This document shows, in pieces, positions 10,261-17,800 of a DNA stretch of 64,000 bases. The stretch comes from an uncultured bacterium (GTDB lineage: Bacteria > Krumholzibacteriota > Krumholzibacteriia > Krumholzibacteriales > Krumholzibacteriaceae). Within the stretch, counting starts at the first letter, position 1, and every line of letters begins with the position of its first letter. The translations under genes and the position numbers were made by a program. A model generated the notes under the pieces. That model ran no database searches and was not told the origin of the DNA. It saw only the letters and a program-made list of their open reading frames with translations. The stretch spans positions 416,001 through 480,000 of the forward strand of contig CAWBAN010000001.1 in NCBI GenBank assembly GCA_963786935.1, in the 5' to 3' direction.

Positions 10261-11186
10261 TGTTGAAGCGGGCCCTCCTCTGCGCGGCGCTGTTGCTCGC
10301 GGCGGCCGCGTGCGCGGCGGCCGACGAGAGCGTTCCCCTCGGGTATCAGATTCTCCGGACGGCGGGAGGATCGTTCAATGTGTTCTACCCGCCCTCGCTC
10401 GAGAAGATGGCCCGAGAAACCGCTTCCCTGATCGAGAAATCGTCGGGGGACATCGCGAGCGAGCTCGGCCTCGAATCGATCGCTCCCATCAAGGTCATCA
10501 TCGCTTCGGATCTGAAGGCGTTCGAGCTGCTCCACGGAGGCGCCGTTCCCGAATGGGGGATCGCGTTCGCCGACGTCGAAGAGCAGGTGCTCGGCATCAA
10601 CGTCGACCTCGTCGAGCGCGCGCCGGGGGAGCTGAGCGGCGTCGTGCGCCACGAGCTTTCGCATCTGCTCCTCGCCCAGCGGGTCGTCGGCGTCCGTGTG
10701 CCCACGTGGTTCATGGAGGGGCTCGCGCTGATGCAGTCGGGGGAGTGGGACATCGCGGACGAATGGCGGTTCATGATTGCGGCGGGGGGAGGCGTTCCGT
10801 ATCTCGAGGAGCTCAGCGGGCCATTCCCGCGCTCCGCCAACCGGGCGGCCCTCTCCTACGGCGTGAGCTACCTCGCCGTCCGGAAGCTCCTCGACGAGCG
10901 CCCCGGCTCGCTCGCGACGCTCACCGCGTTCGTCCGCGACGCGGGGGACTTCGAAGGAGGCTTCGAGTCCGCGTACGGCATGACCGTCTACGATTTCGCG
11001 GGCAAGCTCTACGTCGAGATCGACCGGCGCTACGGCACGGCCGGCGCGGTTCTGAACGCGGCGCCCTATTGGGCCGGCGCCGCGTTGCTCTTCGTCGCCA
11101 TCTATCTCGTGAAGCGCGCGCGGAGCCGGCGGAAGATCGAGCAATGGGAGGAGGAGGAGGCGAGGGAGCGGCGCTTCTGGTATTGA
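10260..11186 (+). CDS. Peptidase MA-like metallohydrolase, signal peptide and C-terminal TM helix
   Basis: HELSH (HExxH) followed by PTWFMEGLA. Confidence 0.75.
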   Translation: MLKRALLCAALLLAAAACAAADESVPLGYQILRTAGGSFNVFYPPSLEKMARETASLIEKSSGDIASELGLESIAPIKVIIASDLKAFELLHGGAVPEWGIAFADVEEQVLGINVDLVERAPGELSGVVRHELSHLLLAQRVVGVRVPTWFMEGLALMQSGEWDIADEWRFMIAAGGGVPYLEELSGPFPRSANRAALSYGVSYLAVRKLLDERPGSLATLTAFVRDAGDFEGGFESAYGMTVYDFAGKLYVEIDRRYGTAGAVLNAAPYWAGAALLFVAIYLVKRARSRRKIEQWEEEEARERRFWY

Positions 11187-11211
11187 CGGCGGCGCGCGCG
11201 GGACGTATACT
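11183..11211 (+). promoter_or_regulatory. sigma70 promoter of tRNA operon
   Basis: TTGACG-N17-TATACT. Confidence 0.75.
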
Positions 11212-11253
11212 GCACCGAAGCCTTCTTCCGTGCAGGAAGGACTGTTTTTTTCT

Positions 11254-11341
11254 GGAGGGCTAGTCCTAACTGGTAAGGCAGCGGACTTGAAATCCGCCGG
11301 GCGTTGAGCCCATGGGGGTTCGAATCCCTCGCCCTCCGCCA
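11254..11341 (+). tRNA. tRNA-Ser(TGA)
   Basis: Acceptor GGAGGGC/GCCCTCC, anticodon arm GCGGA-CTTGAAA-TCCGC, long variable arm, GTTCGAATC, encoded CCA. Confidence 0.92.
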
Positions 11342-11365
11342 CAATAGATCTTGTCGAAGGATTGC

Positions 11366-11456
<91 letters not shown>

Positions 11457-11473
11457 TGAAAAAAGGAGGAGCC

Positions 11474-11878
11474 GTGTCTCGCACGTTCGTGCTGAAGAAG
11501 ATTCCGCTTTGGCCGGTGCTGAGAATGAGCTTCGTGGTTTTCATCATCATCGGCATCGTCATCGGCGTTTTCTACGCGATCCTGCTCTCGATGTGGGGCG
11601 CGCTCATGAGCTCGTTCGCCGACGCCGGGCTCGGCGACCTCGGCGTCCTGCGCGGCCTCGGCTTCGTGCTCATTCCGATCGTCGCTATTCTGTACGCCGT
11701 GTTCGGCACGATTGTCGTTGCGGTATGGACGCTTGTTTATAATCTTATAGCCGCGGTCGTCGGCGGCGTCGAGCTCGTGCTCGAAGAGAACGGCGCGAGG
11801 CCCGCGGCGGCCCCGCAGCCGCCCGGATCGGGAGAGAGCGTGCACGTGCCGCCCGACAAGACGATAACGGGATTCTGA
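11474..11878 (+). CDS. Small membrane protein, DUF3566-like
   Basis: AGGAGG + GTG; two TM segments; LKKIPLWPVLRMS and YNLIAAVVGGVEL patterns. Confidence 0.65.
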   Translation: MSRTFVLKKIPLWPVLRMSFVVFIIIGIVIGVFYAILLSMWGALMSSFADAGLGDLGVLRGLGFVLIPIVAILYAVFGTIVVAVWTLVYNLIAAVVGGVELVLEENGARPAAAPQPPGSGESVHVPPDKTITGF

Positions 11879-11887
11879 AGATCGATT

Positions 11888-11961
11888 GCGCCCATAGCTC
11901 AACTGGATAGAGCGTCTGGCTACGGACCAGAAGGTTGGGGGTTCGAATCCTCCTGGGCGCG
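11888..11961 (+). tRNA. tRNA-Arg(ACG), CCA not encoded
   Basis: GCGCCCA/TGGGCGC acceptor, TCTGG-CTACGGA-CCAGA anticodon arm. Confidence 0.95.
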
Positions 11962-12144
11962 ATTTTCTTTCTCTCCCGCCAATCACCAAAGGCTAATTTT
12001 TGCGGGATAACAAAAAGCACTTGACCCTGCTCGTTCAATAGATTACGCTACAATTCGAGGTAGAAACGGGGGCCGGGCGACGGGTCTCGTAATTCGGAAC
12101 TCATTAGCCCATAGAAAGTTGCACTCACCACGAAGGGATCGCGT

Positions 12145-12702
12145 ATGATAGAGATCAGAACCCACGGCCGAGGCGGGCAGGGTGCGGTCATCGCTTCCGA
12201 AATTCTGGCAGAGGCGTTCTTCCGCGAAAAGAAATTCGTGCAGGCGTTTCCCGCGTTCGGCGTCGAGCGCCGCGGCGCGCCCGTCGTGTCGTTCACGCGC
12301 GTCTCCGAGGGAGAGATCCGCGAGCGATGCGAGATCTACGAGCCCGATCACCTCATCGTTCTCGATCCCGTTCTGCTCGACACGGTCAACATCACGGCCG
12401 GCCTCAAGCAGGGAGGCTGGATCGTCATCAATACGAATCGCGTCCTCGAGGCGACCGGCGTGCTCGCGAATTTCCGCATCGCCATGGTGGACGCGAACAA
12501 GATCGCGCTCAAGTACGGTCTCGGTTCGCGCTCGGCGCCGATCGTCAACACGGCGATCGTCGGCGCGTTCGCGGGAGCGACGAAGCTCCTGGGCCTCGCG
12601 GCGACACTCGACGCGGTGGAGGAGTTCGTGCCGATGCGCAAGGAGAACAACCGGAAGGCCGCCGAGGAAGCGTTTCACAGCGTCGTGTTCGTTTCGAAAT
12701 GA
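12145..12702 (+). CDS. porC: 2-oxoacid:acceptor oxidoreductase gamma subunit
   Basis: EIRTHGRGGQG, FGVERRGAP, PIVNTAIVGA. Confidence 0.9.
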   Translation: MIEIRTHGRGGQGAVIASEILAEAFFREKKFVQAFPAFGVERRGAPVVSFTRVSEGEIRERCEIYEPDHLIVLDPVLLDTVNITAGLKQGGWIVINTNRVLEATGVLANFRIAMVDANKIALKYGLGSRSAPIVNTAIVGAFAGATKLLGLAATLDAVEEFVPMRKENNRKAAEEAFHSVVFVSK

Positions 12703-12762
12703 CGCGCTTTTCACCGATAGAATCCGATCGAGCCTCGTGACGACGTAACGGCTGGAGGATAC

Positions 12763-14439
12763 ATGGGAGAGAAAACCACCTTCAAGAGCTACAAGGAGAT
12801 GCCGATCTGCGCCATGTCGATCGCCGACATGACGTACAACCTGACGGGCTCCTGGCGCAACGTGCGGCCGTATTACGATTTCAAAGTCTCGCCGTGTCGT
12901 CTCGGCTGCCCGACGGCGGAGAATATCCAGCGGTACATCTTCCTCGTGACGGAGAACGATCTCGAGCAGGCGTACCGGACGATCGTCGAGAACAATCCGA
13001 TGCCGTCGGTGACGGGGCGCGTCTGCTTCCATCCGTGCATGGAGAAGTGCACGAGGAAGGATTTCGATCAGGCGCTCAACATCCCCGCGATCGAGCGTTC
13101 GATCGGCGATGCGGGGCTCGATCATCCCGAGTGGATCGAGAAGGCGCGCGCGACGAAGAAGGAGAAGATCGCGGTGGTCGGGGGCGGCCCTGCGGGCCTC
13201 TCGTGCGCGTACTACCTCGCGCGGCAGGGATATCCGGTCACGATCTACGAGGCGGAAAACGCGCTCGGAGGCACGCTCCGCTGGGGCATTCCGGAATACC
13301 GGCTGCCGAACAACCTGCTCGACCGTGTGATCGGCTCGATCCTCGAGTCGGGCCCGATCACGGTCAAGACGGGCGCGCCACTCGGCGGTGCCGTTACGAT
13401 CGAGAGCCTCGAGAAGGAATACGCGGCCGTTTTCATCGGCACCGGCCTCATGCGAAGCCGCCCGATGGGGGTCGCCGGAGAGGACGGTCCCGGCGTCCAG
13501 CGCGGGCTCGAGTTCCTGCGGAAGGTGAACGGCGGCGAGAAGGTCTCCCCGGGCGCGAAGGTGGCCGTCGTGGGAGGCGGCAACACCGCCATGGACGTCG
13601 CGCGGTGCGCGCGGCGGGCGGGGAGCGAGGTCACCGTCGTCTATCGCCGCACGATGAACGAGATGCCGGCGATTCCGGACGAGATCGAGGAAGCCGAGAA
13701 GGAAGGCGTGTTCTTCCATTTCCTCGCCGCGCCGAAGACGATCACGCGCAGCGGCAAGACGCTCCGCGTCGTGTTCCAGCAGATGAAGCTCGGCGATCCC
13801 GACGAATCGGGCCGCCGGCGTCCCGTTCCCGACGGGGACAAGACGTTCACGATGGACGTCGATACCCTGTTCACCGCGATCGGCGAGGAGGGGGACGTGG
13901 CTCCCTTCCAGAAGGCCGTCGAGACGAGCGGGGGGCTCATCGGGACGCAGGGCGATTTCGGCGAAGCCCGCGCCGGGAAGATCTTCGCGGGCGGGGATAT
14001 CGTGACGGGCGCGGCGAGCGTCGTCGAAGCGATCGCGGCGGGACGCAAGGCCGCCGAGCGCATCGGCCGGATGCTGGCGAAGCAACCGGAGCCGGCGGTC
14101 GAGGAGCCCCGCACGATCAGCATCGAGAACATCAACACCGCCTACTTCACGAAGGGGAAGCGCGTCAACGTGCCGCGGATCCCCGCGGAGCAGGCGCTCG
14201 CGGGCTTTCGCGAGATATTCACCGGGTACGACGGCGACCTGCTCCATCGCGAGGCGGACCGCTGCTTCTCGTGCGGCGTCTGCAACTACTGCGACAACTG
14301 CTGGGTGTTCTGCCCCGACGTCGCGGTCAAGCGCCTCGCCCAGGAATACGAATTCGATTACGACTATTGCAAGGGCTGCCTCGTCTGCGTGACCGAATGC
14401 CCGCGCAGCGCGATATCGACGCGGGAGGAGGGAAGATGA
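12763..14439 (+). CDS. FAD/NAD(P)-binding GltD-like oxidoreductase fused with 2x[4Fe-4S] delta-type ferredoxin
   Basis: TGSWRNVRP; PCRLGCP/GRVCFHPC; GGGPAG; GGGNTAMD; C-terminal CNYCDNCWVFCP...YDYCKGCLVCVTECP. Confidence 0.85.
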   Translation: MGEKTTFKSYKEMPICAMSIADMTYNLTGSWRNVRPYYDFKVSPCRLGCPTAENIQRYIFLVTENDLEQAYRTIVENNPMPSVTGRVCFHPCMEKCTRKDFDQALNIPAIERSIGDAGLDHPEWIEKARATKKEKIAVVGGGPAGLSCAYYLARQGYPVTIYEAENALGGTLRWGIPEYRLPNNLLDRVIGSILESGPITVKTGAPLGGAVTIESLEKEYAAVFIGTGLMRSRPMGVAGEDGPGVQRGLEFLRKVNGGEKVSPGAKVAVVGGGNTAMDVARCARRAGSEVTVVYRRTMNEMPAIPDEIEEAEKEGVFFHFLAAPKTITRSGKTLRVVFQQMKLGDPDESGRRRPVPDGDKTFTMDVDTLFTAIGEEGDVAPFQKAVETSGGLIGTQGDFGEARAGKIFAGGDIVTGAASVVEAIAAGRKAAERIGRMLAKQPEPAVEEPRTISIENINTAYFTKGKRVNVPRIPAEQALAGFREIFTGYDGDLLHREADRCFSCGVCNYCDNCWVFCPDVAVKRLAQEYEFDYDYCKGCLVCVTECPRSAISTREEGR

Positions 14440-15587
14440 AGAAGGTCATCATGGGAAACCACGCCGTGAGCTACGGCGTGCGTGCCAGCGACGTCAAGGT
14501 CATCTCCGCGTACCCGATCACTCCCCAGACGCAGATCGTGGAGCTTCTCTCCGAAATGTGCGCCAAGGGGGAGCTCGACGCGAAGTTCATCGCGGTCGAA
14601 TCCGAGCACAGCGCGCTCACCGCGTGCGTCGGCGCCTCGGCGGCGGGCTCGCGGACCTTCACGGCGACCTCGTCGCAGGGGCTCCTCCTCATGCACGAGA
14701 TCATCCACTGGGCGGCGGGGGCGAGGCTCCCGATCGTGCTCGTGAACGTCAACCGCGCCGTCGGCCCGCCGTGGAGCATCTGGACCGACCAGAACGATTC
14801 CCTCTCGCAGCGCGATACCGGCTGGCTCCAGATCTACTGCGAGAGCAACCAGGAGACGCAGGACACGATCGTGCAGGCGTTCAAGATCGCCGAGACGGTG
14901 AAGCTCCCCGTCATGGTGATCCTCGACGCGTTCTTCCTCTCGCACACCTTCGAGATCGTCGACATCCTCGAGCCCGAGGACGTGAGGCCCTTCCTGCCTC
15001 CGTTCAAGCCGGAGCGCAGGATCGATGTCGCCGATCCGCACTCCTTCGGCAATCTCGCGACGCCGGGAGAGTATTTCGAGCTCCGGTACATGATCCAGAA
15101 GGCGATGGAAGCCTCCCGCGACGTCGTGCGCGACGTCGATCTCGAGTTCGAGAAGCGCTTCGGGCGCGGCTACGGGGTCGTCAAGCCGTACCGCTGCGAC
15201 GACGCCGAATACATCCTCGTCACCTCGGGCACCGTCGCTTCGACCGCGCGCGCCGTCATCGATCAGATGCGCGACGAGGGGATCAAGATCGGGTCGCTCA
15301 AGATGCGGGTGTTCAGACCGTTCCCGTTCGAGGAAGTGTTCCAGGCGCTCTCGAAGGCGAAGAAGGTCGCTGTCATCGACCGGAACATCTCGTTCGGGCA
15401 CCACGGCATCTTCTATCAGGAAGTGAAGAGCGCCCTGTACGGGCGGACGAACGTCCCCATTGCCGGCTACATCGCGGGGCTCGGCGGGCGCGACATGACG
15501 CCGAAGGTCATCCGTTCGATCGCGGATCACCTGATCACGAACAAAAAGCCGGAGCCCGATATCAACTGGATAGGAGTGAAGATATGA
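14436..15587 (+). CDS. porA: 2-oxoacid:acceptor oxidoreductase alpha subunit
   Basis: AYPITPQT, VESEHSA, TATSSQGL, GLGGRD. Confidence 0.9.
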   Translation: MKKVIMGNHAVSYGVRASDVKVISAYPITPQTQIVELLSEMCAKGELDAKFIAVESEHSALTACVGASAAGSRTFTATSSQGLLLMHEIIHWAAGARLPIVLVNVNRAVGPPWSIWTDQNDSLSQRDTGWLQIYCESNQETQDTIVQAFKIAETVKLPVMVILDAFFLSHTFEIVDILEPEDVRPFLPPFKPERRIDVADPHSFGNLATPGEYFELRYMIQKAMEASRDVVRDVDLEFEKRFGRGYGVVKPYRCDDAEYILVTSGTVASTARAVIDQMRDEGIKIGSLKMRVFRPFPFEEVFQALSKAKKVAVIDRNISFGHHGIFYQEVKSALYGRTNVPIAGYIAGLGGRDMTPKVIRSIADHLITNKKPEPDINWIGVKI

Positions 15588-16498
15588 AAGCTGTGGCGAA
15601 GATCCCGACTCCCGAGCTCATGACCTCCGGGCACCTGGCCTGCCAGGGATGCGGCGCCACGCAGGCGATGCGCTTCGCGCTCAAGGCGCTCGGGCCGCGG
15701 ACGGCGCTCGTTATCCCCGCCTGCTGCTGGTCGGTCATCGACGGGCCGTTTCCCCACTCCTCGCTCAAGGTGCCGATTCTCCACACGGCGTTCGAGACCG
15801 CCGCGGTGGCCGCTTCGGGGCTCAAGGCGGGCCTCGAGATGCGCGGGGACACCGAGACGGTCGTCATGGCGTGGGCGGGGGACGGCGGCACGTTCGACAT
15901 CGGTCTGCAGGCGCTCTCCGGCGCCGCCGAGCGCAACGAGGACATCATCTACTGCTGCTACGACAACGAGGCGTACATGAACACGGGGATTCAGCGGAGC
16001 TCTTCGACGCCGATCGGCGCATGGACGACGACGACGCCGGGGGCTCACTGGAAGCGCCGCCCGAAAAAGAAGATGATCGACATCATGGCGGCCCATTCGA
16101 TTCCCTATATCGCCACCGCTTCCGTCGCGTTTCCGCAGGATTTGATCGAGAAGTTCAAACGGGCGCGCGCGATGAAAGGAACGCGGTTCCTGCACGTCTT
16201 CGCGCCGTGTCCGACGGGATGGAAGCTTGCCCCCGAGCTTTCCGTCGCGATGGCCCGCCAGGCCGTGACGTCGAAGGTGTTCCCGCTCCTCGAGGTGACG
16301 GACGACGGCAAGACATGGAAGATCCAGAAGGACTTCGAACCCACGCCGATCAAGGATTACCTCATGGCGCAGGGGCGGTTCCGGCATCTCAAGGACGAGG
16401 ACATCCGCTGGGTCGAGGAGGAGACGGAGAAGTACTGGCAGTACCTCCTCTCGAGGGAGCGAATCTCCCAGAACGTTCCGGGGCTCGCCGCCGACTGA
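15584..16498 (+). CDS. porB: 2-oxoacid:acceptor oxidoreductase beta (TPP-binding) subunit
   Basis: GHLACQGCG, GDGGTFDIG, YDNEAYMNTGIQRS, PCPTGW. Confidence 0.9.
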   Translation: MKAVAKIPTPELMTSGHLACQGCGATQAMRFALKALGPRTALVIPACCWSVIDGPFPHSSLKVPILHTAFETAAVAASGLKAGLEMRGDTETVVMAWAGDGGTFDIGLQALSGAAERNEDIIYCCYDNEAYMNTGIQRSSSTPIGAWTTTTPGAHWKRRPKKKMIDIMAAHSIPYIATASVAFPQDLIEKFKRARAMKGTRFLHVFAPCPTGWKLAPELSVAMARQAVTSKVFPLLEVTDDGKTWKIQKDFEPTPIKDYLMAQGRFRHLKDEDIRWVEEETEKYWQYLLSRERISQNVPGLAAD

Positions 16499-16524
16499 TC
16501 GCGGGAGCGCCGCGCGCGTATTCG

Positions 16525-16557
16525 ATCCCCGGTCCCGAACGGGCCGGGGATTTTTTT
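16525..16557 (+). terminator. Rho-independent terminator of por operon
   Basis: ATCCCCGGTCCC-gaac-GGGCCGGGGAT followed by T run. Confidence 0.85.
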
Positions 16558-16858
16558 ACGCTCCGCCGGCGCGGGCGGGGCGGACGGAACGCATTGCATA
16601 TCCCGCATCGGCCGCGTGCAAAATCGCTCGGGCGCTCCCCGGCTTCGTGGGCGCTCCGTGGCCTATCATTTCCGCATATTCCGCACCGCTAAATCTGAAA
16701 TTATCCGAAAAAAATAGACGCCGGGGGGGCTCCGGCCCGGAGGGGCGCCGATGTGACCGTAACTGTCGTATCGGCCGCTTTTTGAATGAACCATTGCGGC
16801 TCCCGCATCGAGTCGATCGAGGGTGCCTGGAGACAGCGGATGGGGGGGAGGTTGTGCG

Positions 16859-16874
16859 GGGCATGTTTTTTGCA
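16859..16874 (+). promoter_or_regulatory. sigma54-type -24/-12 promoter upstream of pilin operon
   Basis: GGGCATGTTTTTTGCA: GG-N10-GC with TTGCA. Confidence 0.6.
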
Positions 16875-16910
16875 GAAATCGCCTTGCGATGAAAAGTCTT
16901 TAGCAAAGGA

Positions 16911-17396
16911 ATGTCGATTTTGATGCAAACCATAACGAGAAAACAGAGGGGCTTCACGCTCGTCGAGCTGATGATTTCCATCTCGATCATGGGGCTTATC
17001 ACGGTTCTCGCGGTGCCGGGGTTCACCCGGTTCCTGCAGAGCTGGAAGCTCCAGGGAGACGCGAATCAGTTCGCGACCGTGCTCAGGACGGCGCGCGCCG
17101 CGGCCGTCACGAAGAACAGCAGCGTCGTGTTCACCTTCAACACGGACGACGACAACTATTTCTATTACGAGGATTCGAACCGGAACGGTTCCCACGATAA
17201 CGGCGAGTATCTCAGCGCGACCTACAATCTGGAAACGGGCATCGCCTTCGCCGGACATACGCTCTCCAGCAGCACCCTGACCTTCGGCACGATGGGGAAC
17301 ACGAGGGAGAGCGGATCGATCACGTTCAGAAACACGTTCAATCGGACGAGAACGGTCCGCATTTACGGCGGAACGGGAAACATCACGATCGAATGA
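16911..17396 (+). CDS. FimT/GspH-like type IV minor pilin (start may be 16923)
   Basis: RKQRG|FTLVELM class III signal; LRTARAAAV; terminal VRIYGGTGNI. Confidence 0.85.
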   Translation: MSILMQTITRKQRGFTLVELMISISIMGLITVLAVPGFTRFLQSWKLQGDANQFATVLRTARAAAVTKNSSVVFTFNTDDDNYFYYEDSNRNGSHDNGEYLSATYNLETGIAFAGHTLSSSTLTFGTMGNTRESGSITFRNTFNRTRTVRIYGGTGNITIE

Positions 17397-17797
17397 AAAA
17401 GGACACTGCGGAAATGTTGAAATCGCAAAGCGGCGTAGGTTTGATCGAAATCATCATCGCCATGGTCATCTTCGGCATCGGGATATCGGCCGCCATGCGC
17501 ACCCTGCCGGACAGCAACAAGGCGACGACGCGGGCCCGAAACGTCAGCGTGGCCACGAACCTGGCGCAGGAACAGCTCGAATCGCTGATGGGAACGCCGC
17601 TCACGAACGCCGATCTCTCGGCGGGCAATCACGCCGATCCGCGGAATCCGCTCGAGCGGCACTTCACGCGCACGTGGACCGTCACGGACAACGTGCCGCT
17701 CACCGGGATGAAGCGTGTCGCCGTGTCGGTCGTGTACGAGGGAGGCGGCGAAGATCGAACCGTTACCTTGACCACCTATCTCACCCCGAGGCGGTAA
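17393..17797 (+). CDS. PilV-like type IV minor pilin
   Basis: SQSG|VGLIEIIIAM; ATNLAQEQLESL; FTRTWTV; MKRVAVSV. Confidence 0.8.
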   Translation: MKKDTAEMLKSQSGVGLIEIIIAMVIFGIGISAAMRTLPDSNKATTRARNVSVATNLAQEQLESLMGTPLTNADLSAGNHADPRNPLERHFTRTWTVTDNVPLTGMKRVAVSVVYEGGGEDRTVTLTTYLTPRR

Positions 17798-17800
17798 TCC

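Noticed and set aside
11254..11341. tRNA containing TGA as a possible selenocysteine or suppressor tRNA
   Set aside because: TGA is the anticodon itself (reads UCA, Ser); tRNA-Sec needs TCA and a longer acceptor stem
16900..16960. c-di-GMP-I riboswitch resemblance (AGCAAA...GATGCAAA) before the pilin genes
   Set aside because: No GNRA-capped stem between the motifs, and it overlaps the RBS and start codon
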